A DNA stretch of 63,704 nucleotides, filler included, from Octopus bimaculoides (GCF_001194135.2; 4 parts of 4 records of this genome joined end to end with filler, not necessarily neighbours in it), one strand, 5' to 3'; numbered from the whole stretch's first letter, positions 24,701 to 39,639 are shown. A program made the numbers and translations. Notes: generated by a model from the sequence alone, not told the origin.

Positions 24701-24928
24701 TCTTTTACTCTTTTACTTGCTTCAGTCATTTGACTGCGGCCATGCTGGGGCACCGCCTTTAGTCGAGCAAATCGACCCCAGGACTTATTCTTTGTAAGCC
24801 TAGTACTTATTCTATCGGTCTCTTTTTGCCGAACCGCTAAGTTACGGGGACGTAAACACACCAGCATCGGTTGTCAAGCGATGTTGGGGGGACAAACAGA
24901 CACACAAACACACACACACATATATATA
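24701..24928 (-). mobile_element. SINE family A, 3' half (rest lies in gap)
   Basis: CAGTCATTTGACTGCGGCCATGCTGG..GAACCGCTAAGTTACGGGGACGTAAACAC. Confidence 0.85.
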
Positions 24929-25279
24929 NNNNNNNNNNNNNNNNNNNNNNNNNNNNNNNNNNNNNNNNNNNNNNNNNNNNNNNNNNNNNNNNNNNNNNNN
25001 NNNNNNNNNNNNNNNNNNNNNNNNNNNNNNNNNNNNNNNNNNNNNNNNNNNNNNNNNNNNNNNNNNNNNNNNNNNNNNNNNNNNNNNNNNNNNNNNNNNN
25101 NNNNNNNNNNNNNNNNNNNNNNNNNNNNNNNNNNNNNNNNNNNNNNNNNNNNNNNNNNNNNNNNNNNNNNNNNNNNNNNNNNNNNNNNNNNNNNNNNNNN
25201 NNNNNNNNNNNNNNNNNNNNNNNNCCCTTTGAGACCGCGATCTGTTCGCTGACAAAATCCCGTGCACCTTCCACGCTGC

Positions 25280-25325
<46 letters not shown>

Positions 25326-26267
25326 TATAAGGGCACATTAATAATCAGAGGAAAGGACTTGGGCGTGAACTTGGAATTCCTCTAACCACAACTGTTACAT
25401 TTGTTTCATTATTCGCTCATAAATAACTCCCAATTATAAATGCAACTCATACATACACCTAATAAGTGCAGCTTTTCCGAATCAAGACCAGAAACTTCCT
25501 CCTACTGACAACGAATATGCTTCGTTGTTGTTGTTGTTGGTGGTGGTGGTGGTGGTGGTGCTGGTGCTGGTGGTGATGCTGGTGTTTCATCTTGGGAGGG
25601 TAATTTTACCCATAAAATACCCACACTGGTTCTTTGGACTTTTGGACTTATTATTAATGAATTTGCTAACTGATTAACCGAATCGCTGATCGATTGCTTA
25701 TTTAATTGTTCGAGCAATCAATCAGAAAGTTGGTTTGGCAGTGTCCTTTGGTCTCCATTTGTCACCTCATCATTTATATGCCCTTGTTGCTTCCATAGCT
25801 GCCAAGCATCAGACCGTAGTTTTATTTTAAAAGGAAGGAAACATTGGATAATCTAGTAGAAGACACACTACGTCTGAATAAAAGACAGGACGGTCAATTT
25901 TACTATACATTTGAAAAGGTTATTTAAGAAATGGTAAGGTCGCTTTTAAAGCACCGTAATATATTAAAGCGAGAAATTTTAATTATAATTATTACATAGC
26001 TAATGAGGTCATAAATTATTAGATAAATGAAATATTGCAGTCAAGAAAGACAGGGGAATTAATCTCGCGATTTATATTAATTAAAATTAATCTTAATAGA
26101 ATAGATCTGGCGTACATTTTTATTTAATAAAGATAGGTAGGGGTTGTCACCCCTATCTAGTTTGACAAGCGTTGATAATTAAGTGAACCAGACTCCACAC
26201 CGTGGATACGATTATAATTAATCGAATTTCTCGACTCTGTCAGTTAACACCGACTTAACTAATAACA

Positions 26268-26478
26268 CTTTCTACTATAGGCACAAGGCCTGAAATTTTG
26301 GGGGAGGGTATAGACGATTACATCGACCCCAGTGTTCAGCTGGTACTCATTTTATCGACTCCGAAAGAATAAAAGGCAAAGTGGACCTCGGCGGAATTTG
26401 AACTCGTAACGTAGCGCCAGGCGAAATACTGCTAAGCATTTCGCCCGGTGTGTTAACGACTCTGCCAGCTCGCTGCCT
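26268..26478 (-). mobile_element. SINE family B (full length)
   Basis: Homologous to 51988-52220. Confidence 0.85.
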
Positions 26479-26479
26479 A

Positions 26480-26638
26480 GGGCTCCTTTCAGTTTCTGTC
26501 AACCAAATCCACTCACGAAGCTTTGATCGACCCGAAGGTATAGTAGAAGACCCTTACTCTACATAACACGCTCTGGGACTGAACCTGGAACCATGTGATT
26601 GGGAAGCATGCTTCCTACCACACACCCGCGACTGCGCT
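26480..26638 (-). mobile_element. SINE family A head fragment
   Basis: GGGACTGAACCTGGAACCATGTGATTGGGAAGCATGCTTCCTACCACAC. Confidence 0.8.
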
Positions 26639-27309
26639 TATATGAAATATAGGTATTTACAATGTAGTCTAACTGAAAATCATACATAATATAACACACA
26701 AAGCAAAAGAATGAGAGAAATCTGAAATTAATCATTAAAATCTTGTATGAGAAATATTGGGTATTGAACAAGGTTACTGAGCCAACAAGCGCATCGTGTC
26801 TCGGTGTTAATTAAAGACTGCTGAACTGTCAGTGATGTCAGACGTTTGCAGGAAGGAAGTTCGTTAGTCTCAATCTTCTGTCTCTCTCATCTCCCCTTTG
26901 CATACACATATAAATTGGAATATACATAAATACTCTTATTCATATATATATATATATATATATANNNNNNNNNNNNNNNNNNNNNNNNNNNNNNNNNNNN
27001 NNNNNNNNTTAATTAATTAANNNNNNNNNNNNNNNNNNNNNNNNNNNNNNNNNNNNNNNNNNNNTTTTGCAGCTATGAATTTCAAAAGTAATTTTGTCAC
27101 GTATTCAGGAATTTAACCCTCGTCACTGGAATATTTTTCGCTTGCATTGTTGTATTTTATAGTAGCCGTCCTAAAGTTCTTCAAATTTCGGTCGGTACCG
27201 TCGTTACTTTAGTCTAGTGTATTTAGGTGGGAAATTCTATAAAGTATGGGATTATTTTAACATTTAGACTTCTTTAATTGTGTATACTCAGCTATAGGTT
27301 TGACAGAGA

Positions 27310-27401
27310 GGTAGGCAGACAGACGTAGATGGATAGATAAATAAATAGGTGCATAAATAGATAGATAGGTAAGTAGGTAGGTAGGTAGGTAGGTAGGTAG
27401 G

Positions 27402-27436
<35 letters not shown>

Positions 27437-27445
27437 GCAGACAGA
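27310..27445. repeat. (GGTA)n/(GATA)n compound microsatellite
   Basis: Direct repeat run. Confidence 0.9.
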
Positions 27446-28191
27446 CTGGTATGCAACATATGGCTATAATGTAAGTAAAGATAAATTATAACATTCAGCT
27501 AAACTAATTACCGGACATTAGGATTAGTTAGTATATGTTATGGAAATGGAAAATATAAAATGTATCTATATTTATTAACACTATATGTGATTTAAAAGAA
27601 ATGTCAATTTTTCTAAGAATAAAATGCCTTCAAAATAAAAATAACCAAAGAATATTATATAATCACTCTAGACAATGCTTACAATAATATTGCATTCTTT
27701 TATAAAATGTTTTCTATTGAAACACCTTTTCCAAGAAGCTAGAATAGACGGAAATACTACAATCAATACATCAATTCATATGAAATAAAAAGAATGCTAA
27801 AGAGGCTACATAAAAATCCATAATAAAATATAAACTGAACAAGATTTAATTAAATAATGGAATCGAATATATATATATATATATGTATGCATTGTTTTAT
27901 TCTTTTATTTTTACTTATGTTTATGTATATGCGTGTACGTGTGTATATGTGTTCGTCTTTATAAACATGTATGTTTATATATATTGTATATATATAATAT
28001 ATATACATAATATATATATATATATAGTGTATATATATAATATATACATATATATATAATATATACATATATATATGATATATATAATATATATATGATA
28101 TATATAATATATATATAATATATATATATATATAATATATATATAATATATATATAATATATAATATATATATAATATATANNNNNNNNNN

Positions 28192-28222
<31 letters not shown>

Positions 28223-29968
28223 GACAGATACGAAATATCTAACACAAAAAGCCATTTAAATCTCTTAGCTTTTCCGATCACCAGTTTATTAAAAATAATA
28301 TAAAGAATGTGAAAGTCTATCTTGTTAAAAACAAATATTTCTCTAAAGTAAATACATTCTGGATTATTGACAACGTAAATACAATTATAAAGGCATTAGA
28401 CAATTTAAACAAAAATAAGATGGCGAATTGTGATTCAACGAAGCTTTATTGAAAACACTTAGTAAATAAATATAAAGAACTAATGAAAGACGTAGTAGAA
28501 TTCTGATTTCAAGTTTAGGACTACGTAAGAACTTTTAAAGTAAATTTTCTGAAGAAAAATGTAGTAGAGTTTTATTAAAATTATAATTGTTTCATACTTA
28601 CATACACATGTGCATACGTGTATATATATATGTATGTATATATATGCACATGTATGTGTCTGTGTGTTTACACAGACTATTAACCGTGGATAATTTCCAG
28701 TTTCGGATTATAAAGTGAGGATATAAAATGAACATAGTTGTAAGTTATAATATTCGTAATATTGAAATCTAATTTATTATCGTAAACGAGACATTTATTT
28801 TAATATATTGAAAACCGAAAAATCACACAAATATTTGCAAGTAAAAATTTCAGAAATGAAGTTGGATACAGTTATTTGGAATTTTTACAAGGCATATCAA
28901 TTTTTTCATCGGGGTGGTAAAACTATTAAAACCATCTATAAATCTTATAATGAATCAAAAAGTTAAATGTTACATATAAGACAAATAACATTTGAAATAT
29001 ATCATAACTGATGATGCACAATTTGCATAAAACTGCTAAAATTGGCTCAAAAGAAGACAGAGCAGGGAGCCAATGCCTGCAGTAATAAATCATTGTGAAA
29101 CGGATTTCATAAAAATCGCAATATATAAGAAACAAAAGTGATATACTAAAACAATTTTAATTATTAAAAATCGAATAGCATACATGATTCTAGCTGAAGT
29201 AATGAACTTGTATTGAACCATTAGAATGCACAAGCAGTCATGTATAACACAAAACAGACAACTAATCACAGGAACTAATTAAAAGAGATTGTAGTTTAAA
29301 TGGTAATTAAGCTTACAGGACAACGCATACATGCATCCCTGTAAGTATCGCTTAAATGTTAACAGATCATGATTTTCAGACACCACTATATGACTTTTAA
29401 TCGCTTGAATCAGCCAAGCATAAATATATATTCAAACGAATATGATATAAACAAAAGGGAATCAGACAGGCAGACACAAATATGCATATATTTGTATAAA
29501 AACTTGTAGAGCGATTGAGCATATCACTTTTATACGTATTTTCTAGGTCAAAAAACTAATGAGCCTTAACATGTCGCAAATAAGAAAATAAAGTGTTGCA
29601 TACAGGAATTATTCCACACAAGCATAAACAGAAACATGTAATTTGGCAAGAAACTGATGGACAGATGATAAATTTTGCAAATACATTCTCTGTTGTTGGT
29701 TTCAGGAACTGTGATCAATCTATGATCATGTAGCACATTGTATGGAAGAGTTCAAGCATATCGTACGAAATACCTATCTCAATCTAACAGTTATTTTATG
29801 GAACACTATTCATCGGAAGCACAATTTAGAATTTTATTTCAAATGGTGCGTTATAATGCAGCGTTTAATCATGAGTATATAGAAGTACAGACGTACACCT
29901 TCTCACATGCGCACAAGTACACACACATACTTGTATATACGATTACAAACGCATATATATATGTATGG

Positions 29969-30018
<50 letters not shown>

Positions 30019-30829
30019 TTATGTCATGTATATGAATATGTGTATATGCGTATCTCTCTCTCTCTGTGTTTGTGTGTATGTATATACATGTGTGTATACA
30101 TAAATATTTGTCAAACACGCGCATACTCATTCATGTAGATAACTTGTCAATACACATACAAATAAATCCTGGGCTAAAAGTATTGAGAGACAAACACGCA
30201 CTTGTAGTCTGCAAATTACACACTATTTGATTGAAACTGGAGTGACTCTGCCTATATTCGATCATCAGGTATGAAATACCGAGTACAAGACAAGATGGTC
30301 ACGACTGGAATGGCTACTGTCATATTATGTCATCGGTCACAGCTGATATGCAAACAAATATAGACAAACGAAGATTTATATACAATAAAATCGTGTCTGA
30401 AAATTGATCCATATTTAAGTAAATATTCTTTTGTGAATGTTATAAAAATAAATTTGAAATTCATTGCAGTTGATTCCTCAGGCGAGATTTGATTCGGATT
30501 GAGATTTGATATCGTAAATGATATTCTTTGACTCGCATTTTTTTTTTCTATATATTCAATTCAATTTCAATGACTGCTTTATTTCGGGGGCGAAATATGA
30601 CGAAAATGAAATATCGATTAGAGACAGGTAACTAGATACACAAGATAACTGCAATATTTTTCATAGGCGATATATGAATGACCGATGATGGTAGGCTCAA
30701 ATAAATATATATATCAAATATACATTTATTTTGGTAAATTTTATATACAGTTCACTTTGAATGTTTTCGAATATTTTATTTGATATTTCTCAAATTTCTT
30801 TCTCACGTTTATATGATAATATATATTAT

Positions 30830-31170
30830 GCTGTGTACATCATGCAGATGATGTAGCGCTCGAAGCAGCGTTGGAGAAAATAGAGCTTGAGGTTTTCTAG
30901 TCTGCTTCGATAGTCAAGGCCGGTCATGCCATCTATTCTTTGTGTAATTGACCTTCGAGGTGCTTCAATTTTCATGATACTTTGTTTCGTGTGGGGAGAC
31001 CACAATGGACAACAGTATTCAATATGGGGTCGGGCAAAACTGGAAAGGAAAAGGATAATAGTGTGGATATCTCTCAACATGAAAGTTCTGAGAATCCAGG
31101 AACACACTCTGTTGGTCATTACAACTATGCTATTTATATGAGCGGGTCAGCTTATGTTGTTGCCCACAAT
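30830..31170 (-). mobile_element. CR1-clade LINE ORF2 C-terminal fragment
   Basis: WILRTF..RD..TI..L.SSFARPHIEYCCPLWSPH..KQSI.KIE...R.IT..I.GM..LDY.SRL..L.L..LQR..ERY is the classic CR1 RPHLEY..WSP motif region. Confidence 0.85.
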
Positions 31171-31252
31171 TACTCCCAAGTCTTTGGTGTTTATATATAT
31201 TGTTTACATATGTATATAAATATATACATGATTATTATCACACACACACACA

Positions 31253-31340
<88 letters not shown>

Positions 31341-33064
31341 NNNNNNNNNNNNNNNNNNNNNNNNNNNNNNNNNNNNNNNNNNNNNNNNNNNNNNNNNNNN
31401 NNNNNNNNNNNNNNNNNNNNNNNNNNNNNNNNNNNNNNNNNNNNNNNNNNNNNNNNNNNNNNNNNNNNNNNNNNNNNNNNNNNNNNNNNNNNNNNNNNNN
31501 NNNNNNNNNNNNNNNNNNNNNNNNNNNNNNNNNNNNNNNNNNNNNNNNNNNNNNNNNNNNNNNNNNNNNNNNNNNNNNNNNNNNNNNNNNNNNNNNNNNN
31601 NNNNNNNNNNNNNNNNNNNNNNNNNNNNNNNNNNNNNNNNNNNNNNNNNNNNNNNNNNNNNNNNNNNNNNNNNNNNNNNNNNNNNNNNNNNNNNNNNNNN
31701 NNNNNNNNNNNNNNNNNNNNNNNNNNNNNNNNNNNNNNNNNNNNNNNNNNNNNNNNNNNNNNNNNNNNNNNNNNNNNNNNNNNNNNNNNNNNNNNNNNNN
31801 NNNNNNNNNNNNNNNNNNNNNNNNNNNNNNNNNNNNNNNNNNNNNNNNNNNNNNNNNNNNNNNNNNNNNNNNNNNNNNNNNNNNNNNNNNNNNNNNNNNN
31901 NNNNNNNNNNNNNNNNNNNNNNNNNNNNNNNNNNNNNNNNNNNNNNNNNNNNNNNNNNNNNNNNNNNNNNNNNNNNNNNNNNNNNNNNNNNNNNNNNNNN
32001 NNNNNNNNNNNNNNNNNNNNNNNNNNNNNNNNNTATATATATATACATATATATACATATATATATAGACACTCACACACACACACACATATATATATAT
32101 ATACACACACACTCACAGACATAAATATATAGATATACAAATATATATTGTGTTATATCTATACATATAATTGTATACATAATATATGTATATATATGTG
32201 TGCATATATGTATGTGTGTATATATACACTTATATATGTACGTGTACATATCTATAACTCGGTATTATTTTCATACTGTACTCTGATGTCTTTTGCTTTC
32301 TATGTGAATTTTTTTTTTATTAATATAAGATAAGTCTCAAATTAATAGATATCACGAGAAAGTATTAATAAAATTGACAGATTTAGAAAATGTCATATAT
32401 ATTTAGTATACTAAACAAGATTCCAGAAATTTAGAATAGAAATCAATAGTAAATAATATATTTATTTTGCTTTGTCTTTGGTATTTCACCTAATTTTGTT
32501 GTTTTGAGATTTTTACGCATAAATTTTATTTTCATTCAATACCAATAAAATGAAAGAAAAAATACAATACTATGATATGTAATATTAGGAATATAATTAT
32601 ATTAGACTTCATCTCGTTTTACGCCCCTCATGCATACATACGTATGTTTGTATGTTTGTGTGTGTGTATGTATACGTGCTCGTATACATATATATATGTT
32701 TGTGTGTGTGCATGTGCATGTATATATGTGTGTACGAATATAATTATATATATATGTATGCACATATTAATCAGTATATACGTGTATGCATATTGAAATT
32801 CCCGTACTCAAGGCGACACATAAGGCGACACGAATTATTGAGATTCATTTTTATTAAATAAACCATTCAGCAATATGACAATCGCTAAAATGTAACATGC
32901 TTTATGTTTATATACGTCTGATATAATTCAAAATCACAATGCAGATGTTTGTTTGTAATATTGTCTAAATAAGTTCAATAAAAATACCCGTTATTAAAAT
33001 TTATACTATGCAGTTGAGTTTTTAGAACCTGTTGAAGACATTCCTTTTATGCCAGGTCTTATGC

Positions 33065-33208
33065 ACAACGGCTACTTATTTTATCGACCTTGAAAGGATA
33101 AAATTCAACGTCGAGATTAGTGGAATTTGAACTGAGAAAATAATGGCGAACGAAATGCGGCTAAATATACCCGGTGTTCTAACGATTCTGCCAACTCGCT
33201 GCCTTGCT
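33065..33208 (-). mobile_element. SINE family B (diverged)
   Basis: TTTATCGACCTTGAAAGGAT..GGAATTTGAACTGAG..GATTCTGCCAACTCGCTGCCTT. Confidence 0.75.
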
Positions 33209-33714
33209 AGAATCAAAAGCATTGACTTTCAAAAATGCAGCGTGTCTGTAGCTACATATTACAAATGACGACCAAATCGCTTTCAAAGCTGTTGTTACTA
33301 TGTTTATGAAATAATAAGCTACATAATATCATAGTGACTATAGCCATTTTCATATACGTTTACAGCAGTCAGAGATTGCACGTGTTTCCTTATTCGTTGT
33401 GCATTTAGGGTTTATTAGTCAATAATTTATTGCACTGGCGTTTTGTCGGACAACATTTAGGAAAAATAAAGGGGAAATATTATCTCAAGTATGAGATCAT
33501 ATTAAAGAGCTGATAGTTTTAGTATGCATTTAGGCATAATATTAGATATGATGACACTATATACCACAAGCAATTTCGTGCAGCTCCATTTATGTTAGGA
33601 AATCTTGACAAAACCTCAATATATTTGCATGTCCGATAAACGAACGAACGAAAGCGCTAGTAATGAATGAATAGAAAAGATTTTTTTTCCAAAATTCTGG
33701 CGACATTTTTTTTA

Positions 33715-33763
<49 letters not shown>

Positions 33764-33870
33764 TATATATACATATATATACACACAGATACATAANNNN
33801 NNNNNNNNNNNNNNNNNNNNNNNNNNNNNNNNNNNNNNNNNNNNNNNNNNNNNNNNNNNNNNNNNNNNNN

Positions 33871-33914
<44 letters not shown>

Positions 33915-34413
33915 GATATGTGACAATTAGTTGGTTGTTATAATAGAAGTCAGAGTTTCGGATGCCGGGGTTGAGGTCTGCTTCGGCATCTCATCTGTTA
34001 TTGTGTGCTTATCTGTGTGATTGTGTATCTGTGTGTATGTGTCTGTATGTCTCCGTGGACATGTATGAATGTGCCCGTGTATGACTAAGAATATATCTGT
34101 ATTTCTTTATCCAATAGCGAAAATTAAAAACAAAATCATTCAAGTATCTCAGCATAACTTACAACGTCATTTTCTGGCGTCATGACTTTTCGTACATCTC
34201 CACATGCAGTTGTACACATTTCTGCTACGTATATTTTTCTTTTATCTCTGAATGTCATTTGATGAAATCATGAAAAATAACGCTATTGCGACCGTCTTCA
34301 TCATAACCACCACCACCACCATTATCATCATCATCGTCGTCGTCATCTTTTCGCAAAAATATACGTGCATATATATGGATATACATACACATATATATAC
34401 ATACATAAATATA

Positions 34414-34461
<48 letters not shown>

Positions 34462-34647
34462 TACACACATATATACACACACACGTTCATATATATATAA
34501 ACCAATGATACATATATTTGTGTGCATTGAACAAGTGTATGCTCTGGGACAATGAATGTCATAAAATATCAGAGAATTGCCAAAATAAAAGAAATGTATA
34601 TATTTATCTTTAAAAATGTTCATACAACTATACTTCTTTACATGACT

Positions 34648-34689
<42 letters not shown>

Positions 34690-34760
34690 ATATATATATA
34701 TATATATATCATACATCCATGCATTTGAATTGATATATACATATATATGTNNNNNNNNNN

Positions 34761-34803
<43 letters not shown>

Positions 34804-35339
34804 AATATTCGTGTGTATATATATATATATATATATGTAAATTTTTTTTAAATATTTCTCTTTATTAATTCTTCCATTTCTTTCAATTCGTAATTTATTC
34901 TTTTCGTATTTCTTCAGTCTCCAACTTCCTATTCTTTTCTTTTCAATCGTTATATTGATAGCAATTGCGCTAAATCCATACAAGTTTCATAGAAACATAT
35001 CGTGTATCACGTGACGAACTGTTTCAATTATTCTTTTGTTCTCCTGGGGCGCGGAGGATAGAGTTAATTCTTGTTGTTGCTTCTGTTGTTTTTGTTATTG
35101 TTGCAGTTGGTGTCGTTGAAGTTGTATGTGGATATTAATATTTAATAACAGTCGTCGTCATCGTTGTCCTCGCATTCATTGTTGCTATCCATCCCCTCTA
35201 TTACATCAGCACCAACATTATCTTCCGTACTATAATCCATATTGCCGCCGTCATCGTAACCCTCGTCATCATCGACATTTTACGATTATAGAAATGGATT
35301 ATTATTATTATTATTATTATTGTTATTATTATTATTATT

Positions 35340-36540
35340 GAAAGAGCAATGCATGCAATCAAATTGACACTGGGATAAAAGATACGAAGCCCAGTATACC
35401 CATCATGACTACCCGTCTGATAAGGTTACACCAGGCACATGCATCACAACCACATGTGCTCCGCATGATGATCTCATATCAAGATAAAGAGCGCATGGCC
35501 TTACATGTGGGGCGCAGTTAGAATTTTCGTCTGGTCGTGTAGCTCATCACGCTCAAAATGTCTATGAATAAAGGTTGTTTAAAGATATTGATCGAAACAC
35601 CCATGTTTCCAGTGGTGAATTATCCAAACCCCAAAGAATTCGTCTCAACACATGACTATGATGCTCCCCCACTACTTCTGCTCGTGATCAGAGATGCACA
35701 TATCGTCAGCCACTAACGGACATGCTTAAGTGTTTCAGGTCAAAGAACCTCGCTTTTCTCTCATTTCAATTCCGATTTCTTTGTCATGTTTCTCAAACTT
35801 GGTTCTTATTTCTCCGAGTGCTCCTATAGCTAATGGAATGAAAAACACTCTCTTCATGGTCCACATTGTTGCATTGCAGATTCCTCTTTTAGTAGTCTGT
35901 AGTTCTCAATCTTTTTAAGTTTTTTTCACTTATGCGGATACTAGCTATGATCTTAATTTTCTTTTTTCGTTCGTCTACCACTGGAATATCTGGTCTCCGA
36001 GCATCGATAAGGGAGTCACATTGGTTTGTAAAATCCAACAGTATCTTATATTTCTTGTCCGCGTTGACTCCTTCTGGTTCATGTTCGTACCACTTCCGTA
36101 CTCTGTCCAAGCCGTACTTTTCATTTACCCTGCAGTGGATGAGCTTCGCTTTGTTATCGTTATTCCTTTTGTAGTGCTTTTGGGCCAACTTGCCTACTCA
36201 CTTACAGCATGTGAGATTATTTCGTTTTTGCAGCCACACATCCTACAAAGGGGTAATTCGCTGCTTTTATCTATTTGTAACTTGGTGTAATTAGTTCTCA
36301 GAGCTTTTCCTGAGTGCTGCATATGATTGCCTCAGTGAATCCATTCAGAACGATTTTTCTCAGCTATCTCCAAGTGTTGAACTTGTTTTTTGTTTCGATT
36401 TCTTTGAGGTATTGGCCATGCAATGGTTTCCTTTTCTAGTTGGTTACACTTTCCTCATCATCTTGTTTCTTAGATGTTTGTGGGTGCATCACATTTTCGG
36501 CAGCCACTGTAATGATAATTGTAACAGCCGCAAGCAAGGA
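35340..36540 (-). mobile_element. RLE-type (R4/Dong/NeSL-group) LINE, 5'-truncated, with about 390-bp 3' UTR
   Basis: Minus strand: KLAQKHYKR..KAKLIH...KYG...WYEHEPEGV...KILLDF..QCD..IDARRPDI.VVD...IPLAIGALG. The UTR 35340-35735 ends in (AAT)n. Confidence 0.85.
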
Positions 36541-38074
36541 TTCCCACTGCCGCTTGATGTAAGAATTATTATTATTATGTCTAAGTTGTTCCAATATGCT
36601 GTGGTGTCAACCGTTGTAGCGGCGTCTATGCTGCTGGTGCCTGCTGTTATCGTTCACTTTTATAACTCTTACGAAGAACTGTTTTTAAAAAAATCACGTG
36701 AATAACGCTGTACCCAATTATATTTTGCAAACAATTCTGTGTACGTAAATAAACAGACAGTATTTTAAACTTATATATAATTAACACAAATATAAAACAG
36801 CGCCTACAGTGCAATACAGTGCTAATTGTTCGATTTGGCCACAGTATTCGTTTACGATTTTACTCAGTAAACTATATACTAATTGTATTTTAGATTTAGT
36901 AGTGGGCTCATAATTCGTTATGAATGCGATACTTTAAAACAGCGTTCCTTCATGTCCCTCTGTTTAAATGTTGCTGAGTTTGTTTGTCACCGTAATTTTT
37001 ACAACTTGAGATATTTTCATATCATAAACAGTACCCACTGTTACAGCGGCGTGAATAGATTTTGTGTCAAAGATTGTGGGCGTCTACTGTTACCCGAAAT
37101 AAAATTTTAGTGTAGATTGTGATGTCACGTTTCCTTATGCTAATAAATTGAACAGCAGCATAAATGTAAGTAGAACTCATTATGACCGGTTATTAGTGAG
37201 TACTGCAATACTATAAACACTTAAATAACTAATTAATCAAAGGCTTCGTTTGTGATTTTCTTTATAGTTAGGTTTGACTCGTAGATCGTTAAGATTGCAA
37301 TATTTAGCACGTTAATGTTCTTTTTTTCTTTTTAGTTGTAACTGGCTTTAATTTCTCTTTTAATTATAGTTACGCCCGCAAAGGAAGGTTAAGCCAGGGA
37401 TCTTTTGTAAGGTTTCTGAGAATAAATCATTTAGGCAACAACCTTTACCTGAATGCTTGCAAATGAGATTTGTTTCCGATATCATCCACACGCGAGGGAG
37501 ATGTCAGCAAAATCTATATAGCTTCTGATAAAATGCTTCCCATTATTTCTTTTGACTGTCTAATATTTTGAACGCAAATCCCACCAAGAGTGACTTTCCC
37601 TTTCCTTCTTTAAGAATCTGCTATAATTACGTGTTCTGAACAGTGGATTGAAGATGTAACGATACTGGATCAGAAAATGAGAAGCTACATTTACCCCTGA
37701 CCTGATGCAAAGAAATAATTCTAGTCTTGGAGATATAGTCCATCCCTTCATGGACATAAACTGGAGTTTATGCTCTCACAATCAGTTACTCGACTTACGA
37801 TATTTTCATTAATTACCGAGATTCCAAAAGCGGCCAGAAAATTGCAATTTATTTCTAATTAAAAAGAAAATGGAAAATAATTACATGCTTGTATGTTAAA
37901 TACTATTAAAATTCTTGCCCAGGAGCTGGTTATGCTGATAAATCATACAACGAATGCAGCTACAAATCTCATGTTACTGCTATTATTATCATTGTTATTA
38001 TCATTATTAAGTGAGGGAGCAGCACATGACATGACAATGACACTGGAGCACAAATATACAAATTCTAATATGCT

Positions 38075-38275
38075 CAGGCTCATAAGGGCACACCAGGCAC
38101 ATGCATCGCAACCATATGTGCGCGACATGACGATCTCATATCAAAATTAGAAGCGCATGTCTTAGCAGGTGGGCGCAGTCAGAATTTTATTCAGAATGAG
38201 CAGCCCATCCCGCAGAAAAGGTCCCTCAAAAAGGGTTCATTAAGTATGATGAAAGAAACATCCATGCTTCTAGTG
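38075..38275 (-). mobile_element. Fragment of the same LINE 3' UTR family
   Basis: ATAAGGGCACACCAGGCACATGCATCGCAACCATATGTG..GGGCGCAGTCAGAATTTT matches 35420-35530. Confidence 0.8.
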
Positions 38276-38434
38276 ACGCCGCACAGCGACGTACCGTAGA
38301 ATTGGTTTAAAATCAAGAAGAGTGGAAAGAGCTACAAAGGTTCAAATATAAAATAAGATTTAGGTTCTGTCTCGAATCTAAAGGAGTATATACAGAGAGG
38401 AAGGGCCTTTGGAATAGGGGACAGTAAGTCCCCC

Positions 38435-39330
38435 CCTCCGTCTCTCTTGTACGTACTGATTCTCAAGCCACTACTGCTATTGCACAAACTGGAGGCATTG
38501 AGAAGCATCCAGAGTGACCTAGGATGTGGGAGATGCGTGTTGGCATATGCCGACCAAGTCACCTGCTATCAGGGACGACGAGGCGATTTCAGAAGCGACA
38601 GTTAACCAGGAAAAATCAGTTGGAGAAGCAACTCCATGCTGTCCAAATGCGTCGTTGGACGCAGGTAGTCTATCTGCTGTCAGCTCCTGCTGCGTGGTAT
38701 CCTGGGCATGCTGTGGTTGATATTGTGCGTCGAAGATTTTGAGCGTCGAAGAAGATCAGCTAGCCACTCTTTTCCGGAGAAATTTCGGGCCAGGACCGAT
38801 GGATAATCTCGGCCTGGCCGTGTTACCAGGGAGCTTTGCTTTTTCGAAATAACTTTACAGACACGGAAATGCCGTCAGCCAAGCATGTCCGAGATGTGTG
38901 CAGGCCTACGAGACGGTGCTGCATGCACTCGTCCAGTGCCCGAGCATTGCTGATCTGATGGTTTATGTCGAACACCCGCTGTAGCGTGTGGGACGGATTC
39001 GGCTGTCAACTGAATCCATCGTGAAGATCGCTCCACCGCCTCCCTTTAACCGGGAAGGAAAGGCTGGTTTTATATGTCTGGTGGCCATGGCGACAGAGCT
39101 TGTATGGTGGACGTGACTGAAGGGGCTGAAGACAAACAGTTTTCTCTTTGCCCAATCCCTGATGAATTTCAAGTTGCTTTTCAAAAGAAAAATAGGGGCA
39201 GACAGTAAAGTGCAGACTTCAAACTAGCTCGCTGAAAAGTAGATGAAAGTGTCGAGAATGGTACCAGTGAACGGGCCTCTCCTGAGCATACACCTGTTGT
39301 TCGAAAAGAGGAAAGGAAACAAAGGAACCT
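38435..39330 (+). mobile_element. L1/Tx1-clade LINE ORF2 remnant (RT core joined to C-terminal CCHC)
   Basis: PSLLYVLILKPLL..KL...VLAYADQVT (YADD region), VNQEKSVG, then CPRCVQAYETVLHALVQCP zinc knuckle; internal deletions and stops. Confidence 0.85.
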
Positions 39331-39340
39331 GACCCCAAAA

Positions 39341-39373
<33 letters not shown>

Positions 39374-39374
39374 A

Positions 39375-39502
39375 ATTCCCCCGAGATCGACTTTGGCTTT
39401 CGTCCTTTCGCAGTGGATAAATAAAGTACCAATGAAACGCTGGGTTCAATGCAATCAACATAATCCCCTCCCCCATGCTGCCCCTGTGGCAAAAATTTGA
39501 AA
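39375..39502 (+). mobile_element. SINE family B fragment
   Basis: TTCAAATTCCCCCGAGATCGACTTTGGCTTTCGTCCTTTCG..GATAAATAAAGTACC. Confidence 0.7.
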
Positions 39503-39529
39503 TCATCATCATTATAATAATTATTATTA

Positions 39530-39575
<46 letters not shown>

Positions 39576-39608
39576 CATCTTTATTATTATTATTATTATT
39601 ATTATTAT

Positions 39609-39639
<31 letters not shown>

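Noticed and set aside
25502-25717. Pro/Thr-rich 71-aa minus-strand ORF
   Set aside because: The proline run derives from a (GGT)n microsatellite, the start is non-ATG, and the upstream frame is closed.
27009-27020. TTAATTAATTAA island between N runs (also 57072-57083 and 62075-62086)
   Set aside because: An identical 12-mer embedded in gaps three times, with stops in all frames, is most simply a scaffolding pad rather than biological sequence.
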